Below are positions 27,298 to 36,532 of a DNA stretch of 64,000 bases, piece by piece. The number at the start of each line of letters is the position of its first letter. Positions within the stretch are counted from its first letter, which is position 1. Source of the stretch: Burkholderiales bacterium (GTDB lineage: Bacteria; Pseudomonadota; Gammaproteobacteria; Burkholderiales; Burkholderiaceae_E). Position numbers and translations under genes: made by a program. The notes beneath the pieces are model-generated. The model had not been told where the DNA came from. It searched no databases and saw only the letters and a program-made list of their open reading frames with translations. The DNA lies in assembly GCA_029977705.1 (NCBI GenBank), contig JAPOKJ010000011.1, positions 3,014-67,013 on the forward strand, written 5' to 3'.

Positions 27298-30200
27298 GTC
27301 CGGCCCGCAGCTGCCTGCGCCGCAGCGCGACGAGGACTGGGAGGCGCCACCGCCCCTGCCCCCGCGGCGGCGCCTGCGCAATACGGTCCTGCGCTTTACC
27401 GCCAAGTGGGGCCTGATCGGCGTAGCCGTCGTGATCGCCGCCGTGGTGGCGTTGGGCGGCGTGCTGTGGGGACAGGGCAAGACCGCCTTGCTGCGGATGG
27501 CCCTGGATGAGGCGGTTCAGCGCAGCGAGGGACGTCTCAAGGTCGAGGGCGTCGAGGGCTCCTTGTTTGGCTCGATGCGCATCGCGCGTCTTCAGGTGTT
27601 GCCCAAGGGGCCGTCCCAGCCGGGGCCGCGGATCGAGGCGCGCGAGGTCGCGCTGGACTGGTCCTTGATGTCACTGCTGCAAAAGCAGCCCTATCGCGAG
27701 CCAGTGATCTACTCGATGTTGGCGCGCTCGGTGACAGTCCATCTGCCGTATTCGGCCGAGCCCCTCCAGTTGCCGCCCAGCCTGGCCCTGCCCATCGCCT
27801 GGCGCGTGTCCCTGGTCCAGATCGGCCTGCTGCGCATCGAGTCGGCGCAGGCCGATGTGTCGCAGCCGCCCAAGGTGACCGAGTTGCGCGAGCTGGCCCT
27901 GCGCGGCAAGTACTCGCCAAAAACGCCCGCCGGCGGCACCGGTCGCTACGAGATCGACCGCATCGCCATGAGCAGCAGCGCAGGCAGCATCGAGCGCACC
28001 CGCCTGAACCTGGAGGACCAGCCACCGTTCCGGCTCAGCGCGTCGGGCCGCGGCCGTACCCACTGGCTCGACGAGCTCTTCCAGCGGGCCCATTTCCAGA
28101 GCGACCCGGCGGCGCGCGGTGATGGCAGCGCCCGCGGCGATTTCCGCATCGAGGGCGAGTTGCTGGACCTGAAGGTCCAGGCCAGTCTTGAGACCTACAA
28201 GACGCGACTGGAGGGTCAGACCCGGCTGCGCATGGCGGCAGCGCGGCCCCTTGCAAGCATCGATCTGCGCAGCGAGTCGCTCGACCTGCGCCTGCTCGAT
28301 GTGCGCGCGCCCCGGACCGACCTGAAACTGTCCTGGCAATTTGAACCGGTGCATGGCATTCCGGGGCAGGTGCAATTCGAGAACCGCGCGGCCGGACCCT
28401 TCGACAAGCAGCAGTTTCCGTTCAGCGCTGGACGCCTGCGCTTTGCCCTCGATGGCCCGCGCCTGCAGATCGACAGTGTCGAGGCCGCCCTCAGCCCCGG
28501 TGCGGTTGCCGGGTCGGCCGGCGCGATGCAGCTTGCGGGCAAGGGCATGGTCCATTTCGGTGCCCGGCAGCAGTTCGGGCGACTTTCCCTGCCCGATACC
28601 GATCTGGACCTGAGCGCCCGCGATCTGGATCTGTCGCGCCTGCTGGCCAGTCTGGTGCCCACCCGCCTGAGCGGCAGCCTGCGCGTCAAGTCGGGCCAGG
28701 TGCAGGTCGACCTGCAGCAAACGCCGGTCAATGTGGCGGCCAGCCAGCGACTCGATGCCCTCGGCGCGATGAGCCTGAAGGGCCAGATGCGGCTGCTTGA
28801 TAGCCAATTGCGCTTCGAGTCCTTGCAGACCCGCATCAAGGGGGCGTCCCTGTCGGCCAGTGGCAGCCTGCGACTGGATGCCTCACTGGAGATCGATGCG
28901 AGCGGACGCGCCCAGGGATTCCGGCCGTCCGAGTTCTACAAAGGGGGTACCGAGGATGCCGCCCTCGAGGAGCATCTGCGCAGCCTGGCCTTCAGCGGCC
29001 CGTTCGAGATCAAGGGGGCCTTGTCGTCGCTTCGCCCGCGCCCGGATGTCGCGCCCGGCAACGGTCTTCAGGTGTTCCTGGGCCTCGAGGAAGGGAGCCA
29101 GGCCTTGTCGCGTCCGCTGGCCGGTCATGTGCGTGCACGCCTGCTGGCCCAGCGTGTCAGCGAGGTCGATGCCCTGCTGCAGTCGCAGGGCAATCAGATC
29201 AAGGCCACCGGTGCGCTGGGCCTTGCCAGTGACCGAATGGTGGTCCAGGTCGATGCCCCGCATCTGGCCGCCATCGACCCGCGCCTCAAGGGCGTGATGC
29301 GGATCACCGGCGAGTTGCGTGACAGCCTGACCAGTCCTTCGGTGCAGGCCCAGCTCAGTGGCGAAAACCTGGCCTTCGATGGCCAGGCCACACTGGGTCG
29401 TCTGCAAGGCCAGGTGAACCTGCCGCGCCTGGCTGATGGCCAACTGCTGGTCCGGCTCGAGGCCAGTCGTCTGAAAGTGGGCGAGTTCACGCTCGATCGG
29501 CTGACCCTGAATGCCGACGGCCGCGCTGCTGAGCACCAGTTTCGCGTCGAGGGACGCGGCGAAGGGCAGAGCGTCAGCGCCAGCGGCCAGGGCCGTTATT
29601 TTCCGCAAGCCCGGCAAGGCCAGCGATACCAGGCAGAGATCGCCCAGGCCGAGTTCGGTGGGCGCTTCCGGGCCACGCTGGATTCGGTTATGAAGCTGGC
29701 GCTGCTCGAGGACGGGTTCCAGTTGGACAATGCTCAGTTGCGACTGGCCGAAGGGCGGCTGGTGCTGAACACGCTCGGATGGAGGTCGGGTCAGCTGTCG
29801 ACCCAGGGCGAGGCGCGGGACATGTCCCTGCGTCAGGTGGAGCGGCTGATCGAGGACTTCTCCCAGCGCCGCGCTGCGGGTGCCAGCCGCGAGGGCCAGC
29901 GTCCGGTCGATGGCTTGCGGCTGCTGGCCCGTTGGCAGCTCGATGGGCACGGGGTCCATGATCTGAGTGGCCGGGTCAGCGTCTCCGTGACCGAGGTCGA
30001 CACACCCGGCGCGGTCAGGCTCAACCTGGGGCAGGACAACACTGCCGATGTGCGGCTGGACAGGGGCCGCCTGGATGGGCGCCTGAACCTGGCTCTGCCC
30101 TCGGTCAGCTTCGTCAACCGTTATGCGGGCGCCGAGTGGATGGCCGATGGTGAATTGCGTTTCTCCGGTCGCGTGCAAGGCACGATCGAGCAGCCCGAGT

Positions 30201-31615
30201 ACCAGGGTGAACTGACTGGGCGCCGGCTGCAACTGGCGCAGCGCTCGCTGGGCTGGAGGGTCAGCAACGGAACCTTGCGAGCACGCTTCGATGCCAAGGG
30301 CTTCGTGCTCGAGCAGATGCGCCTGGAAAGCGGGCAGGGCAACATCGAACTCAGTGGCCAGGCGCGATTGCTGACCGGCGAGCAGGCCCGCAACCGTGCC
30401 AAGGGTTTGCCGCCGCTGCAGGGCAACTTCCGGATGGTGGCCAGCCGGCTGCCGATTCCGCTCGGCCCCGGTCAGCGTCTGATTCTCTCCGGTGATACGC
30501 AGGTGATTGCCGACCAGCAGTCCTTGCGTTGGGTCGGCAAGTTGCAGGCCGACGAGGGCTACATCGAGTTGCGCTCGGCTGGGGTGCCTGATTTGCCTTC
30601 CGATGTGGTGCTGATCGATGCGCAGCAGAAGGCGGCGGCGCGGGCCGGTGGCAAGGGCGCGGCGAGCAATGGTGCGGCGAGCAATGGTGCGGCGAGCAAT
30701 GGCGCGGCGAGCAATGGCGCGGCCGGTGCCGGTGTGGCCGATGGCACTTCGGCGAGCAGCCCGGTCGAGGAGGGCCTGCGCCGTGCGGCAGCCTCGCAAC
30801 TGGCCACGCTGACCCAGGACTCGCCGATGCGTCTGGGCGCCGATCTGGAGATTGACCTGGGCAAGCGCCTGCGCATTTCGGGCGGAGGTGTCGAGGCGCG
30901 ACTGGAGGGCACGCTGAGCCTGAAGGGCATCCTGCCATCGCAGCCGCGTGCCATTGGCGTGGTCACGGTGAAAGAGGGCACCTATCAGGCCTATGGGCAG
31001 AAGCTGGATGTCCAGCGCGGGGTGCTGCGCTTCCAGGGCGAACTGGACAATCCTTCCCTCGATCTGGTGGCCTTGCGTCGCTTCCTGCCGGTCGAGGCCG
31101 GTGTTCAGGTGACCGGGACGGCCTTGTCACCCAGGGTCCGGCTGATCTCGACTCCCGAGGTCTCGGATGCCGAGAAATTGTCCTGGCTGGTGCTGGGCAC
31201 TGGCATCGATGATGCGCGCGGCGGCACCCAGACCCTGGCCTTGCAACAGGCCGCCCTGAGTCTGCTGGGCAATGAGGACGGTGGCCTGTCGAGCAACCTC
31301 GCCAAGATGCTCGGGCTGGACGTGATCACATTGGGCTCGACGCGCAGCGCCGCCCCTTCCGAGGTGATTGGTCGCGGGCTGGGTCCGCTGGGCACCCACT
31401 CGACCCAGGCGGTCAGCAGTACCTCTGTGCAACAAAACGTCCTGAGCATTGGCAAGCGTTTGTCTTCGCGCGTGTTCCTGAGCTACGAGCAGGGCCTGCG
31501 CGGTGTCTGGAACCTGCTGCGTATCCAGTACGACATCAGCAACCGTCTGAGCATCCGGGCCCAGACCGGCACTGAAAACGCGGTCGACCTGCTGCTCTTT
31601 CACTGGTTCGACTAA
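27287..31615 (+). CDS. tamB: Translocation and assembly module inner-membrane protein TamB (DUF490)
   Basis: 1442 aa with an N-terminal TM anchor (WGLIGVAVVIAAVVALGGVLW), a long beta-rich body and a DUF490-like C-terminus. Its start overlaps the tamA end by 11 nt. Confidence 0.85.
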   Translation: MSSESGPQLPAPQRDEDWEAPPPLPPRRRLRNTVLRFTAKWGLIGVAVVIAAVVALGGVLWGQGKTALLRMALDEAVQRSEGRLKVEGVEGSLFGSMRIARLQVLPKGPSQPGPRIEAREVALDWSLMSLLQKQPYREPVIYSMLARSVTVHLPYSAEPLQLPPSLALPIAWRVSLVQIGLLRIESAQADVSQPPKVTELRELALRGKYSPKTPAGGTGRYEIDRIAMSSSAGSIERTRLNLEDQPPFRLSASGRGRTHWLDELFQRAHFQSDPAARGDGSARGDFRIEGELLDLKVQASLETYKTRLEGQTRLRMAAARPLASIDLRSESLDLRLLDVRAPRTDLKLSWQFEPVHGIPGQVQFENRAAGPFDKQQFPFSAGRLRFALDGPRLQIDSVEAALSPGAVAGSAGAMQLAGKGMVHFGARQQFGRLSLPDTDLDLSARDLDLSRLLASLVPTRLSGSLRVKSGQVQVDLQQTPVNVAASQRLDALGAMSLKGQMRLLDSQLRFESLQTRIKGASLSASGSLRLDASLEIDASGRAQGFRPSEFYKGGTEDAALEEHLRSLAFSGPFEIKGALSSLRPRPDVAPGNGLQVFLGLEEGSQALSRPLAGHVRARLLAQRVSEVDALLQSQGNQIKATGALGLASDRMVVQVDAPHLAAIDPRLKGVMRITGELRDSLTSPSVQAQLSGENLAFDGQATLGRLQGQVNLPRLADGQLLVRLEASRLKVGEFTLDRLTLNADGRAAEHQFRVEGRGEGQSVSASGQGRYFPQARQGQRYQAEIAQAEFGGRFRATLDSVMKLALLEDGFQLDNAQLRLAEGRLVLNTLGWRSGQLSTQGEARDMSLRQVERLIEDFSQRRAAGASREGQRPVDGLRLLARWQLDGHGVHDLSGRVSVSVTEVDTPGAVRLNLGQDNTADVRLDRGRLDGRLNLALPSVSFVNRYAGAEWMADGELRFSGRVQGTIEQPEYQGELTGRRLQLAQRSLGWRVSNGTLRARFDAKGFVLEQMRLESGQGNIELSGQARLLTGEQARNRAKGLPPLQGNFRMVASRLPIPLGPGQRLILSGDTQVIADQQSLRWVGKLQADEGYIELRSAGVPDLPSDVVLIDAQQKAAARAGGKGAASNGAASNGAASNGAASNGAAGAGVADGTSASSPVEEGLRRAAASQLATLTQDSPMRLGADLEIDLGKRLRISGGGVEARLEGTLSLKGILPSQPRAIGVVTVKEGTYQAYGQKLDVQRGVLRFQGELDNPSLDLVALRRFLPVEAGVQVTGTALSPRVRLISTPEVSDAEKLSWLVLGTGIDDARGGTQTLALQQAALSLLGNEDGGLSSNLAKMLGLDVITLGSTRSAAPSEVIGRGLGPLGTHSTQAVSSTSVQQNVLSIGKRLSSRVFLSYEQGLRGVWNLLRIQYDISNRLSIRAQTGTENAVDLLLFHWFD
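30656..30730 (+). repeat. In-frame 15-bp tandem repeat inside tamB encoding (GAASN)x4 plus a degenerate fifth unit
   Basis: GG(C/T)GCGGCGAGCAAT is repeated head-to-tail at 30656, 30671, 30686 and 30701. A diverged unit follows at 30716-30730. Confidence 0.9.
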
Positions 31616-31696
31616 GGCTTGCCGGATGGGCGTGACACGGGGTCTGCGGGTCTGCGTGATTTCGGGTTAGCGTCGGGGGTCGAAAGGAGATTCGCC

Positions 31697-32758
31697 TTGG
31701 TTGCTCGCACCAGGATTTTGCATCGCCGGGTCTGCCTGTCTGTGCTTGGCGGACTGCTGGCCGCCTGTTCCTCGCCACGGCCCCCTGCCGGCGATGTCAG
31801 CGCATCATGGTCGACGCCCGCCCTCGAGGAGGTGGCCGGTTATGTCCGCTCCCAGAAAACCACCGGCCTGCTCATTGTCCAGGAGGCCGCGGTGGTGCTG
31901 GAGCGCAACTGGCCGCTCGAGGCTGGCGATACGCGCTTTGCGGCGAACTGGACGGCGGGCAAGGACCGCCATGGCGCCCTGCTCGAGGATGTCGCCTCGG
32001 CGCAAAAGAGCCTGGTCGCCCTGCTGGTGGCGGTGGCGATCGACAAGGGGCTGCTCGATGTCGCGCAGCCGGTCTCGGCCTATCTGGGCAAGGGCTGGTC
32101 CAGGGCCTCGGACGTGCAGGAGCAGGCGATCACGGTCCGGCATCTGCTGGAGATGAGTTCCGGCCTGAGCGAGAAGCTGTTGCCCGAGGCCGTGCCCGGT
32201 TCGCGATTCTTCTACAATACGCCGGCCTATGCGATGCTCAAGCCGGTGCTGGAGAAGGCCTCCGGACAGTCGCTGGAGCGTCTGACCCAGGCCTGGCTGA
32301 CCGGGCCCCTGGGCATGGCCGACACGCAGTGGCGCCAGCGCCCGGCGGGCTTCGGCGATGTCGGCAATCCGACCGGGCTATACAGCACGCCGCGCGACCT
32401 GGCGCGCCTCGGTCAATTGTTTCTCGATCGGGGACGTGCACCCGACGGTCGCCAGGTCGTGTCCGAGGCGCAACTGGGCGCGCTGGTGGTGCGCAGCGAA
32501 GGCAATCCCTCCTATGGCCGGCTGTGGTGGCTCAATGGCTCGGACTGGTTCATGCGCGCCGATGGCCAGCGCGTCAATGGGGCCTTGATCCCGGTCGCAC
32601 CGGCTGACCTGATCATGGCCTTCGGGGCACTCGACCGCCGCATCTTCATCAGCCCCAGCCTGCGCCTGGTCGTGGTGCGCACCGGTCAGGCCACGCCGGA
32701 TCGGGACTTCAACCAGCAATTGTGGGCACGCCTGATGAAGGCCTTGCCAGCACGCTGA
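31697..32758 (+). CDS. Serine hydrolase (beta-lactamase/PBP4* family) lipoprotein
   Basis: AAGGAG lies 7 nt before TTG 31697. Lipobox LLAAC. SxxK motif SAQKS. Beta-lactamase-fold-like sequence. Confidence 0.72.
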   Translation: MVARTRILHRRVCLSVLGGLLAACSSPRPPAGDVSASWSTPALEEVAGYVRSQKTTGLLIVQEAAVVLERNWPLEAGDTRFAANWTAGKDRHGALLEDVASAQKSLVALLVAVAIDKGLLDVAQPVSAYLGKGWSRASDVQEQAITVRHLLEMSSGLSEKLLPEAVPGSRFFYNTPAYAMLKPVLEKASGQSLERLTQAWLTGPLGMADTQWRQRPAGFGDVGNPTGLYSTPRDLARLGQLFLDRGRAPDGRQVVSEAQLGALVVRSEGNPSYGRLWWLNGSDWFMRADGQRVNGALIPVAPADLIMAFGALDRRIFISPSLRLVVVRTGQATPDRDFNQQLWARLMKALPAR

Positions 32759-32806
32759 CCCTGTCCGCGCGATGCGGTCATCTGCGACCGGTCACGGCTG
32801 TGGGGC

Positions 32807-33334
32807 TTACAGACCAAGGGCGCGCAGGGACTGGTCCGCGAGGACGTCGATGGGCTCGTGGATGTCGAGCATCAGGGCATCCTGGGGGACTTCGAGGGTC
32901 TCGAACTGGCTGCGCAGCAGCGAGGCCGGCATGTACTTGTGCTGACGCGCCTTCATGCGCGCCTCGATCAGCTCGAAGGGCCCTTGCGGATGGATCAGCA
33001 CGAGGGACGGGATGCCGGCACGCAGGATCTGCCGGTAGCGCTCCTTGAGCGCTGAGCAGGCCAGCACGACGCTCTGACCCTGCGCGAGGGTCGCGCGCAT
33101 CTGCGCATTGAGTTCGGCCAGCCAGGGGGCTCGGTCCTCATCGTTCAGGGGCTGGCCCCGGCGCATCCTCTCGACATTGGCCGCCGGGTGGAAGTCGTCG
33201 CCCTCGAGCCATCGCGAGGCATGCCCCGCCGCCATCAGCCGTTCGTGAAGGGCGCGCGACAGCGCACTCTTGCCGCAGCCAGAGACGCCCATGACCACGA
33301 AGGCCGCAGGCAGGACGAGGGCGGCAGTTCCCAT
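32807..33334 (-). CDS. gntK: Gluconokinase
   Basis: P-loop GVSGCGKS and the GntK-like motifs GDDFHP, NDEDR..W and LACSALK. The start is set at the ATG after the upstream stop. Confidence 0.83.
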   Translation of the reverse strand: MGTAALVLPAAFVVMGVSGCGKSALSRALHERLMAAGHASRWLEGDDFHPAANVERMRRGQPLNDEDRAPWLAELNAQMRATLAQGQSVVLACSALKERYRQILRAGIPSLVLIHPQGPFELIEARMKARQHKYMPASLLRSQFETLEVPQDALMLDIHEPIDVLADQSLRALGL

Positions 33335-33344
33335 GATGCGCGGC

Positions 33345-34283
33345 TCAGGCCTTGTGGATGGCATGGCCGCCAAAGCCCTGGCGCATCAGTGCGAGCAGCT
33401 TGTTGGCGGTATCGGCCTTGCCCTGCGAATCGAAGCGGCTCATCAGCGAGGCGGCGATGACCGGGGCCGGCGTGCCCTGGCGGATGGCCTCGTCTATGGT
33501 CCAGCGGCCTTCACCGGAATCGGACACCACCGGGCCGACCTGAGCGAAGGCATCGGCCGGCTTGAGCGCTTCAGCCGTCAGATCGAGCAGCCAGGAGCGC
33601 ACGACCGAACCGTGACGCCACAGCTCGGCGACATCGGCCAGCGGAATGTCCAGATCGCTGCGGCCCTTGAGCAAGGCAAAGCCTTCGGCGATGGCCTGCA
33701 TCATGCCGTACTCGATGCCGTTGTGGATCATCTTGGTGAAGTGGCCGGCGCCGCTCGGGCCGCAGTGCAGCCAGCCATCGCTGGCCGAGGGGGCCAGAGC
33801 CTGCATCACCGGGGCCACGCGCGCCGCCGCCTCGGCACTGCCACCGTACATCAGGCAATAGCCATTGGCCAGGCCCCAGATGCCGCCGGAGACGCCACAG
33901 TCGATGAAGTCGATGCCGCGTTCGGCAAAGCGTCCGGCGCGCGCCTGCGAGTCCAGGTAGTTGGCATTGCCGCCCTCGATCACGACATCACCCGCAGCCA
34001 GGCACTTGAGCAAGGCCTCGAGCGCGCCTTCGGTGATGGCACCGGCCGGCAGCATCACCCAGATGCAGCGCTGGCCGGCCGGCCCGGGCAGGGCCGCGAC
34101 AGCCGCCTCGAGGCTGCCATGCAGGCGCAGATGGGCTTCACCGGCAAAGCTGGCGGCAAAGGCAGCGTCGCTGCCCACCTGGGCGTCGAAGCCGTGCACC
34201 GAGATACCGGCGCGGGACAGGCGGCGGGCCATGTTGCCGCCCATGCGGCCCAGGCCGATCATGGCAAGGGAGGAAGTGGTCAT
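33345..34283 (-). CDS. 6-phosphogluconate dehydrogenase, short (about 300-aa) decarboxylating form
   Basis: IGLGRMGGNMARRL Rossmann motif with GNANY and KMIHNGIEYG motifs. Adjacent to gluconokinase. Confidence 0.83.
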   Translation of the reverse strand: MTTSSLAMIGLGRMGGNMARRLSRAGISVHGFDAQVGSDAAFAASFAGEAHLRLHGSLEAAVAALPGPAGQRCIWVMLPAGAITEGALEALLKCLAAGDVVIEGGNANYLDSQARAGRFAERGIDFIDCGVSGGIWGLANGYCLMYGGSAEAAARVAPVMQALAPSASDGWLHCGPSGAGHFTKMIHNGIEYGMMQAIAEGFALLKGRSDLDIPLADVAELWRHGSVVRSWLLDLTAEALKPADAFAQVGPVVSDSGEGRWTIDEAIRQGTPAPVIAASLMSRFDSQGKADTANKLLALMRQGFGGHAIHKA

Positions 34284-34324
34284 AGGGTCATCCGGTGCAA
34301 TGGCCGCATTATGCCCGCATGGGG

Positions 34325-35308
34325 TCAGGGTTGCAGACCGGCCTTGACCAAAGGCAGCACCTGATCAGGCAGGTCAGCGGCCAGGCAGTCGAAGACCTCG
34401 CGCTGGGCCATGCCGCGCAGCCAGGTGAGCTGGCGCTTGGCCAGTTGTCGCGTGGCCGCGATGCCTTGCTCGCGCAGTTGCGACAGCGGTGGCCCGGCCC
34501 GGCCCTCGCGGGCTGCGGTCTCGCTCGCATCGAGCCAGTCCCAGGCCTGCCGGTAGCCGACGCAGCGCATCGAGGACAGGGTCGGGTCGAGGTCACCCCG
34601 CGCGCGCAGACGGCGCACCTCGTCCAGGAAGCCCTGGGCCAGCATCGCATCGAAGCGCTGTGCGATGCGGGCATGCAGGCGCGCGCGATCAGACGGCTCC
34701 AGTGAGATGAGACGGTAGCGACCGCCACCAGGCGTGGCGGCCTGACCGGCCCGCGGTTGCGCCAGCCACTGGCTCATCGGACGACCGGTTTGCAGAAACA
34801 ATTCCAGCGCCCGTCCGATGCGCTGCGCATCGTTGGGCGCCAGTCGTTGTGCCGTATCCGGATCGATGCGAGCCAGTTGCGCATGCATGGCCGGCCAGCC
34901 GTGGGTGGAGGCCTCCTGCAGCACCGTCAGCCTGACATCGGGCCGGGTGGCCGGCAATTCATGCAGGCCTTCGAGCAGGGCCTTGACGTACAGCATCGTG
35001 CCGCCCACCAGCAGGGGCACGGCACCGCGGGCGCGGATCTGGCGAATCAAAGCCTGCGCATCGCTGACGAAGCGGGCGGCCGAATAGGACTCGAGCGGAT
35101 CGATGATGTCGATCAGGTGGTGCGGCACGCGGGCCCGCTCCTGCGCGCTGGGCTTGGCGGTACCGATGTCCATGCCGCGATAGACCAAGGCCGAGTCGAT
35201 GTTGATGAGCTCGATGCGATGCTGCGGCTGCAAGGCCTGCGCCAGGGCCATCGCCAGCGAGGACTTGCCGCTGGCCGTCGGGCCCAGGATCAAGAAGACA
35301 TCGGCCAT
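34325..35308 (-). CDS. miaA: tRNA dimethylallyltransferase
   Basis: [15 protein letters not shown]-loop, [15 protein letters not shown], and full-length MiaA-like sequence. Confidence 0.93.
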   Translation of the reverse strand: MADVFLILGPTASGKSSLAMALAQALQPQHRIELINIDSALVYRGMDIGTAKPSAQERARVPHHLIDIIDPLESYSAARFVSDAQALIRQIRARGAVPLLVGGTMLYVKALLEGLHELPATRPDVRLTVLQEASTHGWPAMHAQLARIDPDTAQRLAPNDAQRIGRALELFLQTGRPMSQWLAQPRAGQAATPGGGRYRLISLEPSDRARLHARIAQRFDAMLAQGFLDEVRRLRARGDLDPTLSSMRCVGYRQAWDWLDASETAAREGRAGPPLSQLREQGIAATRQLAKRQLTWLRGMAQREVFDCLAADLPDQVLPLVKAGLQP

Positions 35309-35311
35309 GGC

Positions 35312-36514
35312 TCAGGGCAGGCGTCGCACCAGGACCTGGGCACTCAGGGCGACGCCGCAGGCCATCGCAAAGATGATCGAGGCCAGGGGCAGGGTGCTGC
35401 CATTGTGGCTGCTGCCCACCACCGTGCCGATGGTGGCCGCGCCGACATACATGCCGAAACCCACCAGGGCGGATGCGGCGCCGGCCTTTTCCGGGAAAGG
35501 GCCGATGGCGCCGGCCTGGGTACTGGGCTGGATGAAGCCATGCGCGATCATGATGCCGAACATCGGCACCAGGAAGGCCGCCACGGTCTCGATGCGCAGC
35601 CAGGCCAGCACGAAAAGGGTGGCGCCGCTGAGCAGGCTGATCCAGCTGCCCCGAAACACCGCACGCTTGATGCCGATCACCGGCAGCCGCCGCTGCAGCA
35701 GTCGCGAACCGACGATGAAGCCGATCGTGACCACACCGAAGCAGAAGCCGTAATAGGCTGTGGGGACCTTGAGCACCTCGATCATGACGAAGGGCGATCC
35801 GGAGATGAAGGCGAACAGGGCGGCATAGCTGAACATGGTGCAGGCGGTGTAGGCACGCAGCACCGGTGAGCGCGCCAGTTCGACGTAATTGCGAAAGACG
35901 GCCCCCATCTGGGTGGCCTTCGGGTTCTTGTGCAGCAGGGTTTCATCGAGCAGCCGCCAGCAGGCCAGCAGGATGCCTGCGGCCAGCAGGCTGATGAAGG
36001 CAAAGTTGGCGCGCCAGCCCAGGCTGGCCTCGACAAAGCCGCCGATCACCGGGGCGACCATCGGCACCAGGGACATGATCATGTAGGCCATCGACAAGGT
36101 ATGCGCCCCTTCGCGCGGCTCGTACAGGTCGCGCACCAGGGCGCGGGCGCCGATCACGGTGCAACTGGAGCCAGCCGCCTGCATGCAGCGCGCAACGATC
36201 AGCCCGGCAAAGTGCGGGGTCAGGGCGCCGATCAGGCTGCCGAGCAGGTACAGCGTGGCGCCGCCGAGCACCAGGGGACGTCGCCCGAAGCGGTCCGACA
36301 AGGGGCCGACCACCAGCTGGCACAGCGCGAAGCAGGCGATGTAGACGGTGAGCGTGAGCTGCACCTGTGCGCCACTGACGGCGAAGTAGCGCTTGAGCGC
36401 GGGCATCGAGGCCAGGTACAGATCAGTGGCGATCGGCTGGGTCGCGAACAGGGCTGCCAGCATCCACACCAGACCGATGCCGCGCTGGCTGCCCGCAGAG
36501 GGCTGGGTGTTCAT
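35312..36514 (-). CDS. MFS transporter, Bcr/CflA drug-resistance subfamily
   Basis: 12-TM ORF with N-terminus ...LAALFATQPIATDLYLASMPAL... and the GPLSDRFGRRP motif. Confidence 0.83.
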   Translation of the reverse strand: MNTQPSAGSQRGIGLVWMLAALFATQPIATDLYLASMPALKRYFAVSGAQVQLTLTVYIACFALCQLVVGPLSDRFGRRPLVLGGATLYLLGSLIGALTPHFAGLIVARCMQAAGSSCTVIGARALVRDLYEPREGAHTLSMAYMIMSLVPMVAPVIGGFVEASLGWRANFAFISLLAAGILLACWRLLDETLLHKNPKATQMGAVFRNYVELARSPVLRAYTACTMFSYAALFAFISGSPFVMIEVLKVPTAYYGFCFGVVTIGFIVGSRLLQRRLPVIGIKRAVFRGSWISLLSGATLFVLAWLRIETVAAFLVPMFGIMIAHGFIQPSTQAGAIGPFPEKAGAASALVGFGMYVGAATIGTVVGSSHNGSTLPLASIIFAMACGVALSAQVLVRRLP

Positions 36515-36532
36515 CAGCGGCCGCCCCGGGCT

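Noticed and set aside
30656-30730. The short tandem repeat as a possible CRISPR array or intergenic VNTR.
   Set aside because: The units are directly adjacent with no spacers, only 15 bp long, and in frame within tamB. It is a coding microsatellite.
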